A DNA stretch of 64,000 nucleotides, from assembly GCF_009834535.1 (NCBI RefSeq), contig NC_045698.1:498001-562000 (forward strand). The letters run 5' to 3'. Below, piece after piece: positions 1 to 12,900 of the stretch. The stretch is from Camelus ferus. Taxonomy: Eukaryota. Each line of letters opens with the position of its first letter. Position 1 is the first letter of the stretch. Both the position numbers and the translations under genes were made by a program. The notes beneath the pieces are model-generated. The model was not told the DNA's origin and ran no database searches. It worked only from the letters and a program-made list of their open reading frames with translations.

Positions 1-524
1 AGCTACCAGAGACCCACCTTGCGAAGTTCCCCACGGAGATTCCTGCCGAAAACACGCCATCTTACTCCACCGCGTGAGTTTTCTTTCTGGTATTAGCCCA
101 GCACCACGATTTAAACGTGTTCCCACATCTCTAGGCCTGAGTTCTGACGTGCACGGCAAACTTCCCCCCAGATCTGGCTGTGAGCCCCTGTAGGTCGGCC
201 ACCAGCCTGACTCTCAGATCACCACAGAGACATTTCTGCCACAAGAAAGGCCACTGGCGTTTCAGTGCCTGCGGGGTCTGGAGGGCTTGTAGACGCGCGT
301 GGTGCTGAGCCACATTCCCCACATAACTAATCCTCTCAGTAAGTAAGTTTCGCTCATTTCCCTGTTGCAAAAGACCAGATTGATAATAAGAAATAATATT
401 CCCCAAATGAGGAATATGGTACTTCCCAAAGATGGAGTAATTTATATTCATAAAAATCTTGTTTTTTCTTTAAACAAGGTTCACAATATATGGAGTTTTT
501 TTTTTTAAAGGCTTCTAAAGAGTT

Positions 525-745
525 CTACAGTATGATCATAATTTTATAAAACAAAACATTGTGCATATAATGCACGGAAAAATATTTAAAAGGGAGACTT
601 GAAAGATATTAATCAAAACGCCCACAATGGCTGCTGGTGGGCAAGGGAGCAGTTAGGGGTACGCATTTCCACACTGGGAAGTTTGGCAGTTTCCAAATTT
701 TCTATAATGAGCGTGCATTGATTAGACTTAATCTGACAAAAAAAA
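525..745 (+). mobile_element. Ancient L1M(E)-like 3' end
   Basis: tacagtatgatc...ttttataaaa...tttccaaattttctataatgagc...aaaaaaaa pattern. Confidence 0.5.
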
Positions 746-854
746 GGTTTTGGTTTTGTTTAGGTTAGGTTTTAGAGTGTAAGTTACCACCCTGGTTCCA
801 GTTAGTTTTCTATCATTCTTGCCAGAAAGGGGTAAATGAAAAATGTTCTTAGAT

Positions 855-860
855 TTTATT
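855..860 (-). terminator. Candidate polyadenylation signal (AATAAA) of ZDHHC11
   Basis: tttatt on the + strand just downstream of the candidate stop codon. Confidence 0.45.
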
Positions 861-906
861 GAAAGGACCACAGTTAAGGAGACTTGAAAGTGAAATTCAA
901 AATGAC

Positions 907-940
907 TTAGGTGTTCATGGTGCTAGTGCCAATCAGGTTT
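907..940 (-). CDS. ZDHHC11: ZDHHC11 candidate terminal coding exon ([14 protein letters not shown])
   Basis: Acceptor ttttttcttctaaacttgttag; phase-compatible with the 35-nt exon; TAA at 909-907; AATAAA about 46 nt downstream. Confidence 0.5.
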
Positions 941-3900
941 CTAACAAGTTTAGAAGAAAAAACCAGCGGGTTAATTGAAAGGGAATGGTCTTTCCACACT
1001 CAACTGTTCTCCTGGATCATTAAACTCAGCAAAGATCTGCAGTAACTCTCAGCTTTTCAGAAACTGACTAATGGGGACTTCTCCCTTTTCTGACTCACAA
1101 AGTCTCTTTGCCAATTGGGCTGCAGGGTGGGGAGGAGTGAAGCCCCCGGACCCCAGCCCATCTTCCCCACCAGGATGGCTGGAGCTCCAAGCGCAGTGGG
1201 GAGTGTGCGCCTGCACTTCCGGCCCCGCCTGTCACCAGGAGACTGACTTCCTGGCTGGGTCTCTGCAGGATGCTGAGCTGTGGAGGTGGGGAGGCAGGCT
1301 GACGCCACCCCCTCTACCTCATAAAGTTGTGCACCTGATGTAACTCCAGCTCAAATTCCAGGTTTCTTGAAACTGCGCAAAATGACTTTCAAGCTTATAT
1401 GATAAAACAAACATGTGAAAGACTTGTCAAATGTAATGAAAAACAAAAGTCTTAAGGGGGCTTTCTACTGCTAGATAAAAAGAGGCAGCTAAAAGAAGTC
1501 CCGCCGGAGCAACAGGGCGTTCCCGCAGGACCCACGGCAGCGGGGCAGACCCACACGTCCACAGTGGGTCTGAGCCCAGAGCCCACGGAGACTCGGGGAA
1601 TCAGAAAGAGGGCTTTGCAGTTTGATGAGAACAGGGGTATCATTTCTTCAGTGAGGTGCAACCAGTAGTCATGCTGTAATAAAACCCCTTGGCCCCTATC
1701 TCAGTGAATACGAAAATAAGTTCAAGATGACTTGAAAGCCAAAATGTAGAGAAAGAAAATAAAAATTAGGAAAATACTAGCAAAGAATGTGGAGGGTAGT
1801 CCTTGGAGTAAGAAAGACTCTTTAAGGCAAGCCAGCTAAGGGGTGGGAGGGATATACAGCTCAGTGGTAGACACATGCTTAGTGTGCATAAGGTCCTGGT
1901 TCAATCCCCAGTACTTCCATTAACAAGTAACAACAAAATTTAAAGCAAGCCAGTTAAGAAGAGAAATAGCTATTTTCAGACACAAAACTAGTATGATTAT
2001 GACTTACCCACGTACAGATGAACTCAGGATGTTATGTGCCTTCTGTGGGAATAAATGGAAATTCATAAAGTGAAAAACAAGTGGTAGACACTAGGCTTCT
2101 TCTTATTCAAAATTGAAGTTAATTTTAGTTGATTTTGAGCAATGGAACCTCAGATTCTCCTGGGTCCTGGGACAGGATCTCACTGCAGGCAGCTCTCCCC
2201 TCAACCCCTGTAACACGCAGATGTGTCTTCACTTTGATAGGAACGGGGAGTGGGCTGGCTGGGTCACATGAGAAATCTGAATTCCCCTCTTTAGAAAATG
2301 CCAAACTTCGGTGCAGAGCCGGGCAATTTTACATCCCCACCAGCAATGCAGGTCTCTGGTTCCGGCCACGCTGATGGCTGTGTGGTGGTGTCTCATTGCC
2401 CTTTTAATTTGTTTCCTTAGCATTGAATGATGCTGACTGTCTTTTCCTGACCTTATCTGCCACCCACAGATCCTCCTGGGTGAACGGCTTGTTCAAGTCT
2501 TTTGCCCTTTTTAGAAAAAAACTGGCCATTTTTCTTGTGACTTAGTTTTGAAAGTTGTATACATAGTCTGGATGCAAGTATATGACTTGCAAATAATTTC
2601 TGTCTCTTTCTTAGTGGTGACCTTTGAAGAGTAAATGCTTTTCATTTTGATGCAGATCAGCTGCAGAAATGGGGGGCCTGCAAGAGGTGAGCCCTGTGCT
2701 TTGATCCTGTGGTGAGTGAGTGTGGAAACGACAACACACACGTGCACACGAGACGCCAAACACACACGCGTACACACCACACACACGCACTGTGTCACAC
2801 ACACCACACACGCACACACACAGCCACATACATGCACATGCCAACACAGGATTAAGCACTGCGCTGAAGAGGTGCTGGCTGCCAGGTGACCTGGGCCTCC
2901 TGCCCGCGTGAGCCTGTGGGGAAGGACAGATGGTGGTACCTGTAGCAATCCCACCTGTGAGGCCTTGTCTCTTGTCTGCGACGCAGCCAAATTGCGCTGT
3001 TGACGGCCCCAGATCACGTAATCATATGTGCTCAACTTCTTGTTCACTGGAAGGGAGAGAGGAGCAGGGCAGGTGGCCATCCGTCCACGCACGCTGGCCC
3101 ACCTGTGCCCGGGGCCCCGCTCAGCCCCGCTGGGGAGAGTCCCCTGCACCCCCTGCCCACACGTGCACATGTGGTGAGTGCTGTGCCTGGCTGGCTCTGG
3201 CTGGGGCAGAAGTGCTCAGGTCACTAACAGTGAACGTCAGAACACATCTGTCAGTAGAAACCCTGGTGCTGGAAAGGGTTCTGGGCCTGCTTCAGCCCCG
3301 TGCCTTCATAGACGGGCCAAATTTTCCATCTTTCTTTCTCTAAAAACTGACAGACGTGAGAACAGATGGTTTACAATTATTCCTGGGAAGTGAAAAGGGC
3401 TGCCCACAGAAGCCTACTTGCAGCCGGAGGAGCAGCGGGGCTGCGGCCCCGACAGCCCATGGACCACGGAGGCTGCCGCCCCACTGGGCCTGCCCTGGGC
3501 TCGGAGCCCTCTTGGCCGGCCCCTCCCTGGGGCTTCTCCAAGGCTTTGTTCTGTTTTGGGTTTGGTTTTGGTTTTGGTTTTGTTTGGCTTGACTTATCTC
3601 TCTTGATGCCTCCCCCTGCCCCGTCTTCCGTCCCTGTCAGACCCAGCCGGTTTGAGGATGTAAACTCGTACTTGTCTATATTCCAGTGATGAGTGGACAT
3701 TTGTTCACTCTTTTGCCCGAGTTTGCACAAATGCCATCAGAATCAGGTGTCAGCACGCCCAGAGCTCACCCTCTCCCGAGCGAGTTTCCTGTAACACCTC
3801 GTAACCCGATGGGAGTCAGAAATGATTTGCAGACACAGAACTCAGCACCCCACGGGCAGGGGCCGGGGCCGGGGACACTGAGTGAAAGTCGCCTGGTCTT

Positions 3901-6900
3901 CCCAGGTGGCAGGTGCCCAGGTAGCTGGTAGCTGGGGGTCCCTGACTCCCCCCACACCCTTCAAGGCGTTTTCTCTCCTGTTTGTTCCGTGATTCGGGGT
4001 TTCCTCCGACCATCACTGGCTCTCTCTGCGTCCTCACCAAGGGTCTCACGCACACTCAGTGCTGAGGACTTGTCACAATGTCCCTTGCCAAGCGTCACAG
4101 TTTGACCCCACTGCTGTCTCAGCAGCCCTGCCTCGGGGCGCTCCCATCCACGTGGTCCCGGCCCCGCCATGCTCTTTTCTCACCATGCCCTGGCCTGAGC
4201 CACTCCGGCGTGGGGCGTCCACACGCAGGACAAGGGAGGCCACTGGCCAACAGCTCCTGGGGAGCTAGCCTGGCCAGCAGCCAGGGGTGAGCAGGAAGGG
4301 TCGTCCTGACCGAGGCCTCGGGTCAGACCCAGGGCCGGGGGACAGCTAAGCTCTGCTGGACTCCGGACCACAGAAACTGAGGGTCATGGATGCGTGTTTA
4401 AAAGGAGCTGCCTTTTAGGGTAATTTAACTATAACTGACCATAACCAACAGCCCGACTTTCTCCTGCAAATCTACTCTTTGATGTTCAAAGACCCTAAAA
4501 TCGCCCCTTCAGTTCTGAACACAGTGTATCCCGTCCTGAGGGCCTCCTGGGCCCCTTAATCAGTGAGGGCGCACACCTGCCCTCTTGGAGGTTCCTGTCC
4601 CTCCATCTCCAGCGGCACTCAGTCCGGAGGATTTTGTTCTCCGGGCTCCCCTCTCGTCCTTGCCGACTCCCCATGTCATCCCCAGTGGCTGCCCCAGCCC
4701 CTGGTGCCCGGGGATTCTGTCTGCAAACTGCCTATCGCCCCCGCCCCCGCCAGCTGCGCAGCGAGGAGAGCCTCGCCTGCAGCCTGGGGCGCCCAGTGCT
4801 GGTGCTGTGCCCTTCTCTGGCTCAGCCGGGGGCATGCGGCCGGCCCGGCTCCCACGGCCACAGTGGGCCCCCGCCCCTCTCCTGCGAGCCTCTCTTCCAG
4901 GGACCGCTTCCCAGGGTGGGGGAGGTCCTGCCACACGCAGCGCCGCAGAGATGCTAGGAAACCGCCCTCCCCTCAGCAGGTCGGTTAGTGGATAACATCT
5001 CGCTCGACCACCTTTCAGGTCTCCTTGGACCAGTTTAGCCCTGCTGCCCCTCTCGGGGGTCTCTCCTCTTCCTGTAATTTGTCCTTTGTGCTTTGAGCTG
5101 GCTTCTGGTGGAGACTGACCGAGGGACTGCCTGCCCCGGGACACGTGTGAGCACGACGGGGAAAGGCCTGCAGGGGTGGGGGAACGGGGGCGCGTACTCA
5201 GGTAGAGGTGGAAGAAGAGCAGATGCCCCAGCAGCAGGAGGTTGGCAGCGTTCAGCAGCAGCATGGACGCCCCTAAGGTCAGCACCACCGGCGTCTTCGT
5301 CCTTGTCGGGAACAGTGGGAGGAACAGCACCCACGTGTGCTCGTTGGAGATGCCTGATGGGGACACAGGGTGGGCGCGCCTCCAGCACCTGCTGACGCAC
5401 AGCGCCTCTCCCCAGGTGGCACCTGCCACAGAACTTGGCAGTGGGGGAGGGAATGCCAGCCTAGGGAGAGCCTCCCCGCCCAGGTGACGGCTGGCTCAGG
5501 GCGGGCGGCCCATCACACAGGGCTTTGCAGGCCCTGCCTCCCTCCACGGCGGTCACGGGGGGCAGACCCCACTCTGGGTGCCTGATGCTACTGGAAGCAC
5601 AGCCTGGAGCCACCACACCAGTGTCCTTGGGTCCCAAACTTGCCCCCTGTGGGCTTGGGAACCTGCTGGGCTGGGGGGTGGGTCCTGGCCTGTGGCCCTT
5701 GCAGGGGTGGGGGCGCCAGGCTGCAGTGCCCACCCCACCCACCCAGCCTGGGGCAAGCCAGGCTGACCTCCCCTGGGATGAAGACTTCACTGGGAAGGTA
5801 GCGGGGCTGCAGGAGCACGTACTTCGGTAGTGTTGGTCCGCGCGCAGCTCCACAGGGTTGACTACGTACTGGATGAAGATGTACAGCAAGATGCCCGCTA
5901 CACAGAGCATGCCCACGAAGGCCGAGGCCACGGAGCTGAAGAAGAACCTGCGGGAGAGGCAGAGCCAGGCTCAGCGCCGGGAGACGGCCAGCCGGCGTGC
6001 GCACGGATGGGGCCGGCGGCCCCACTAAGCCCACGCCTGACCCTCAGATCTTCCTCCCATCACTCTTTCCTCTGGGCTTTTCTCTCCAGCTCTAGAGGTG
6101 ACTCCCCCGATCCCTGAGCCGCGCGGCCCCACCTGCCGCGCAGTTTGCACGTGACCTTTCACTCAGTCCACAGGAGGCTGGAGGAGGGTGACCACCCAGT
6201 TCACAGCAGGGAAACTGAGGCTCAGAGACAGTGTGACCATCCAAGCAGGACCGCGTTCAGCTCAACCCGGCCCAGCCCAACCCGGGCCAGCCCCTGTGGG
6301 GCTCCCTCCTGGCCACGAGTCGCTGGGCCCACCGAGCTCTGAAATCATGGCAGATGAGCCCTGTGGCCCTCAGCCTGGAGCCGGGACTGGTGAACAGAAT
6401 CCGCACGTGGCCACGTGGTGGGCGTGCGGGCCACCCTGTGGGGAGGGCACGGGCCCACAGGCACAGAAGCCAGCGTGCTGATCTCAGCGCTCGGGAACTG
6501 GGCCACTCTGTGCCTAGGGACCACACACCCGCAAGGGCCCTTGGGCTTCGCTATTAGACCCGAACACGTTTCCTGCACAAAGACACAGAGAATGGTCTGT
6601 TCATCGAAAACGTAAACTCCGGGCAGCAGCACCCAGAAGGAGCTCTAAGACGCCTTCTTCCAGTCTGTCTGCCACTCGCCCTGAGCGCTTCAGTGCTGAA
6701 CAAAGTCTCTTGTTCACCTGAAATCTAGTTGGTTCCTCACTCTTTCCTGTCTTTATGTGAGGGCTCAGCCGTGAATGTTGTCCAGGGGCAGGTGGACACC
6801 CCACCGGCTCAGGAGGAAGATGTCTGGGGCCTCTCGTCCCCCTGAGTGACCCTTGCTGTAGGCCAGGCCCCGGCCCATCCAGCTGACTCTGCCCAGGGAC

Positions 6901-9900
6901 CCATGCCCTGTCCACGAGGCTTCCTGGCCCCTCTGGGAGTGCCCAGCCCCGCCTGCTCTGTGCTTGGAGCCCCTGTCGGAACCTCCTGTGGGGCCCCTCG
7001 GAGCCCGGCCCACCTGGTCCTCTTCATGGTCAGAGCCACACCCTCCCCCCCCCACCCAGGGCAGCCAGACCTCCAGGTGAACAGCCAGCAAGGAAGCCCA
7101 CCCTGGGGGAGGAGGGACCCAGCCAGAGTGAGGCCGGAGCTCCCCCCAGCCCTGCCGTCCTGGGCTTCCTCCTCTGGGGAGGACGAGAGGGCCCAGCCCT
7201 GCCCTCACCAGTAATTCCTGGTCCCTACGCAGTTGTTTAGCCACTTGCAGTGGTGGTCGAAGCCCTCGACACACTTGTTGCAGTAGCTGCAGTGTTTGGC
7301 TTTTGCGCTCCTGGAAGGAAGAGTTAGGGGGGAACCTGTCAGCAGGCTGTGCAGTGGGGATGCCGGAGTCCCCATCTGCCCGCAGCGGCGATGCCTCCCC
7401 AGTGTGCGCCTGCCATGTGGCAGCCGGGCCTGAGGCTGAGGCCGGAGTCAGATCCCTCTCCCATCACCCACGAGGTCCCCGGGCCCTGACCAGCCTGGGC
7501 TGCGACCTGGGTGGGGAGAGGGGTTCATCGGAGAGACCCAAGGCAGAGGGCTCTCCTGCCCCGGATCTGGGGGCCCTGCGCGGCACTCACACGGTGACCT
7601 CGCACAGATGGCAATAACGGTTCTGGATCACATGCAGGTATTTGGACCGGTCGAAGGTCGGCACAGGCTCTGCGTAGTTCTTTTTCATGCGGACGTTGGT
7701 ATCAGCCGGATCGATGGAAACCGCAATCACGTGGACCAAGAAGTGGAACAAGAAAAGCCCACCAGTCACCTGCAGAAGGTGCGTCAAGGAAAGACTCGGC
7801 CTGGTCAGCACCCCACCAGGGCCTGCGAGGGGAGGCCCGGTGTCGGGCCCCCCAGCCACCGGGAGCCACCAGAGCCTGGCCAGCGGCAGGGGCCAAGGAC
7901 ACCCCTCCTGCACCCCTGCGGCCAGCAGACCCAGCCCAAATCCTTCTCTCTCAAGGGACAGAGCAGGGCACCCTGGAGGCTGTGGCTCGCCCGCACTTCA
8001 CTGAGGCAGCGGGAGAGGCCAGCGTGTGCCATGGGCATCGGAGGTGGGGGGATACTTGGGGCAGAGGGGCCACGGTGACCACATGTGTCATCAAGAAAAG
8101 GAGGAGGGCCAGAGGGAGGGAGGGTGCAGACTCCCACCCGTGAGCCTCATGGCAAGTGGGCACGAGCTCTGTCTCTGCTTCTGTCTCTGCCTCTGTCTCT
8201 CTGTCTCTGTCTCTGTCTGTCTCTCCCCCATTCCAGGACCCTCAGGCTCTCTCCAGCTCCCCCTCCCTCCAGGGCTCCCAGGGTAAAATCAAGCCCTCAG
8301 ACCCCACCCGCTCCGCCTCCTCTCCAGGGACCAACACACTGTCCCCATGGAAACCAAACAGAAGGGGCCGAAGCGCCAGCCTGGCCTCGCTGTCAGCCCT
8401 GCCCTGCTTCCCAGGATGAAGTTTGAGCCAGGAGGGTTCAGGGTTTACAGGCCCGGCTCCTGCGAGGGCGGCCTGGGTGTGGCGGGGAAATGCTCCCCCA
8501 TCGCCTGCGAGGTGTCCTCTGTGTGGCGGAGTGGGTGCAAAGCTTTGTGGGCTCAGGCCCCAGGGGGGCTGTACAGAGGCCCATGGGCAGCGCAGGCTCT
8601 GAGCAGGGCGTCCTCCCTGGGTCCAGGGTCTGCCAGCCTCGCCTGCAACGCTCAGCCTTGCGGAGCAGCCCAGGGGCTCAGGGCTTGTGTTCACAGGCGT
8701 GGTGCTGCCTGGGCAAGGCCGGTAGGACACAGCCACAGTGCACAGTGAGACTCAGGGGGAGCTGGTTTGGCCAAAGCTGTGGGTGCAGAAGTGACAGGGC
8801 CCAGCTGGGCCTGGCTGGGGACACAGAGACCACCATGAGGGCGAGCGGGAGCTGGGGGCCAGGGTCCAGACGGGAGGCTGGTGCCCAGGCCAAGGGTGGG
8901 CAGGCACACAGCCAGCAGGATGTGGAAAGAGGGAGGGAGAGATGGGTGACAACCAGTCAGGCCCGGGGGAGCCCACAGGGGACAGGACTGGCCAGATCCC
9001 TCAGTGCCACCCACCAAGGATGCGGTGACACGGAGGCTCCTCCCGTGGCTGCAGGACCCTGCAGGAGGGGCTGTGGGTACAGCCTGGGCCTCTGCTGACG
9101 AGCAGACTGAGCTGTGCTCCTGTCCGGGGGGCGGGCCCGTGGGCAGGAGGTCAGTGGCTAGGCCGCACTGTCATAGCGCGTGACCCCAACTCCACCCCAG
9201 CATGCTGGTCCCCTGAACCCACCCCCGGAGCTTCCTCTGACGCGCAGCACTGTTTGTGTGGTTACCAGGGCAACGGGAGCGCGGATGGCAGCTGGGACAA
9301 GGAGATGCGGCAGGAAGCCCAGGTGCAGCCCCTTCCTCTGGGAAGCTAGAGGGGAGCTGTCGCTGTCAGATGCTGGCAGACAGGGGCCGGAGGTGGATGC
9401 AAGGAGGGCAGCAGGTGGGCGGCTGAAGTGTGGCCCAAGCAATCCACCTGCACGTCCACACTCGGCTCCACACGAGGCCAGCACCAGGGAGAGCATGTTG
9501 GGACAGTAGCCCTCATGGCGGAGGGCCCGGGTGCCTGACCTGAACCTAGCAGGCAGCTAGCTTCCTGTGCCCCTGACACCTGCTGGTGCCGTGAGCAGGC
9601 GTTTCTCAGGGCGCTGCTTCTGGGGGACCCCGAGATCCCAGGGCAGTGTGCTGCCTGGATACAGTGGGAGAAGCAGCCACGGCCTCTGGACATCGGGTGT
9701 CCCCTGCAGGCACTGTGACACCCACCTCTGTGAGTGGAGACCAGCCCCCCGTCTGACCCACCAGGTCACCCCAGGAGAGGCGTTGGTGAGCGACAATTGG
9801 CTGCATTTGCCCAAGACGACCTGGCCGCTCCTGCCATGGGCCAGGCACCGAGTGGCCGTCGGGGCCCCCGGGTAGAGGGTGCCACAGGGTGCGAGCCACA

Positions 9901-12900
9901 CCCTCAGTTGCCCGCTTTCACTTTTGGCTGTAATTTTATCTCAGGAGAGTCTTAGGTTCAAGTTAGTAATAAAAAGAACCGGGTTCCCAGTCTCACTTCC
10001 ACCGCGAGGCAGCGGCCCTGGGCGGCCCTGAGGACAAGCCACAGGTCCCCTAGCAACTATCTGCGTTCAGTAAATAAACAGCGCCGGGCGCCAGCCCAGG
10101 ACACACGTCCGGTCCTGCGGCAGGAGGGCGGGAGCCCGGCGGGCGGAACTCCAGCTGCCCCAGTCACGTCTCATCACAGCGGCGCCCCCTCCCCACCCGA
10201 GCGTCCCCACCGCAACACAGGGTCCCCACCACGCCCCAGGCCCTCCCTCCCGCACGCAGCGGGCAGCCGCGCTGCTCCTTCCTGGCTCCCCTGGGCTGCC
10301 TGAAGTCCCGCTGCCCTGGCCACGGACCCTGCCTTTCCCAGGGCCCAGCGGTCACCTCCATGCCTGGCCCTGTGGGCACCAAATGACGCCGGTGCCCCAC
10401 AGTGGCCAGAGAAGGGCACCCCAGTGCAGCTGCCAGGGCCTAAGGGACACCGCTGGGCCAGTGGCGGGTGCCAGGCAGGAAACTGGACTAGGAAAACACG
10501 CCCCCCCAGGTAGTCTGAGCTCTGAACAGGCAGGGACGCCATCCTGCACACACCACTTGGGTCAGGCAGGAGGGGCCGTGCAGACTGGGCACCACCAGGG
10601 GCCAGTGCTGTCAGGAGAAGGTGCCAGTCCCCATGGGCGGGGACAGCTCCGAGCTCGGCAGAGAGCTGGTGAGAACGTGGAGTGACTGTTCGCAGAGAGA
10701 GGGGCCACCACCAAGACCACAAGGCCACTCAGCTAAGCTACAGGTCCAAGGAGGGTGCAGACAGTGGGTCACAGCCCAGCACGTGAGCACCCACTGCTGG
10801 GGCCGGACTGTGTCCCCAGAGATGCTGAAGTCCTGACCCCCAGGGCCTGTGAGGATTTTACTTGAAAATGGGGTCTTTGCAGATGATCAAGTTAAGATGA
10901 GGTCGTCAGGGGAGGGGTCCTTATAAGGAGAGACCATCAGGACGCAGACACACGCAGAGGGCGGCCTGCGAGGGTGCAGAGAAGCAGCAGCTACAGCCGA
11001 GGGGGTCCAGGTCCTGGCACGCTTCGACCTCGGGCCTCTGGGCCCAGAACTGAGAGACAATACGTTTCTCGGTTTAAGCTGCCCTGCTGCGGGCGTAATT
11101 ACCATCTACGGGAGTTTCAGAGGATGGGAGGGTGGGAGGACAGGACCCCTGCAAGTGCTCCAACCATGGGGAGGGACGGCCCGCCCGCAAGGAGCAGCCT
11201 CCCGGGGCGCCAGACTGTGGGGCAGGATGCTGTGCTGGCCTGAGCCCTGACCAGACCCTGGGCTTGACCTCCAAGGAAGCACGTTTTGGGCCATTAGATT
11301 ACAAGACAGGGTGCCTGAGTGGTCGTACAGTGACTGCTCAGCTCACTGTGACAAGACACAAGTCTTGTGGGGTGACGTGGGGCTGTGACTGTGGCTTCAG
11401 AAAGCTGCCCGGCCCAAGTGGACAGGAGGCTGGAGGCACCCAGGACCGGTCGTGCTGCTGTTCGGCTCCTGTGGGTCCAACATTTTCAGGGCCCCAGGAA
11501 TGGGGGAGGCCGGGCCGAGGGCTCAGACCTCAGGCCAGGGCGGGGTCTGCACAGTGGGGACCCACAGCTCATCACTGAAACAAAGACCTGTCACCTGGGC
11601 GTGGGGCGGGGGCAGGGGCAGGGCCTGCGTTTCCCCCATGTGTGTCCAGGGCACCGGATGCCTGCCCACCTGGCTTGGGACTCCCTGGGACCTGGCGCAT
11701 TAGGAGCCTCTCTGGACGACGGCTTCCTCCCGGGGCCCAGGGGAGCAGGGCTATGCAGGGCATGCTGCCTCACCCTTGCCTGGGCTGCGGTCCTGCCGGC
11801 CCAGCAGGCTTGTTCTCTGGCCATCGCAGAGGGCTGGCCCACACGGGCCCGGCTGCCACCTGCAAACAGGATGCTGTTGCAGGAAGGACCGAACGAGGGA
11901 ACATGGGGGTGAGTGGCTGGAAAGGGGTCCCTTTGTAACTAGTCTCCCCTCAGAACACTCTCCTGGACCCCTGGCAAGCCTCCCCTGCTAACCAGCTGGG
12001 CTCGGCCCACTAAAGTCCCACCACCGTGACCCGGGGACCCTGCCCTTCCCAGAGCCCAGGGGTCACCTCCACGCCTGGCCCTATGGGCGCCAAATGACGC
12101 TGGTGCCCCCCAGTGGCCAGAGAAGGGCACCCCAGCACCGACAGTGGGGCCTGGTCAGGGCAGCTGGCCCTAGAGACGGAATCGAGTCGGCCAGATGGGA
12201 TGGTCAAGGAGGACAGAGGAGGCCTCCGTCCCTGCGCCCGTGTGCGTGGCAGTGTGGGCGTACACGGTGTGGCTGGTCTGTGGCTGCGCATCACGTGTGT
12301 GTTTGTTTGTGTGTATCTGTGTGTCTGTGGGTCTGAGTGTGCCTGGGCCCAGAGGGTAGTTTACAGCTTTAAGTATAATAAAAAGAAAGAAGGTCTAAAA
12401 TCAATGATCTAAGCTTCCACCTTGAGAAAGTAGTAAAAGAGCAAATGAAATCCATGGTAATTTGAAAGGGAATCAGTAAAAGTAAAAGCAGAAAATTTTA
12501 AAAAGAGAACAGGCAGAGCAGGTCGGTCAGCTCAAACGCTGATTCTTCGGATAATCAGTGAAACTGCCAAACCCTAGGAGGCCTGACGCACCGAGAGCAC
12601 ACACCACGGTGACATCACCACGGCCCCTACAGACTCCGAAGGACAGCTGGAAACCAGTGACTCGCTTTCCTCCAAGAATTTGACAATTTAGATGAAATAT
12701 TCAAATTTCTTAAAAAACACAGCTGGCCAAAACAGAAGATGAAACAGAAAAGCTGAGAGGCCTTTTCTTTGTTAAGGAAATTGATCCTCGACAACCTTAC
12801 CACTGAGGATCCGTGGCCTCAGCACCAGCCACAGGCGCGTGAGAGGCAGTCCACGTGGAGGCCGGTCTTCTCTGACCAGCCAAGGCGCGGGCGGCCTGCG

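Noticed and set aside
131..451. 106-aa minus-strand ORF containing LLQQGNE as a ZDHHC11 last exon
   Set aside because: Only a three-residue resemblance to the recalled human tail, and it lies downstream of the candidate stop and AATAAA; cannot be fully excluded without cDNA.
1340..1400. Acceptor-like ttttgcgcag as a ZDHHC11 terminal exon
   Set aside because: Lies in an old L1M fragment and has a weaker pyrimidine tract than the 940 acceptor, which also has a poly(A) signal close behind its stop.
1841..1940. tRNA-like sequence (also 62062-62140)
   Set aside because: Has TSDs and an A-rich tail and no intact cloverleaf; it is a SINE, not a tRNA gene.
10400..10610. CTCF-like strings tggccagagaagggcacc and caccaccaggggccagtg
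   Set aside because: Mismatches in core positions; such partial matches are common in GC-rich DNA.
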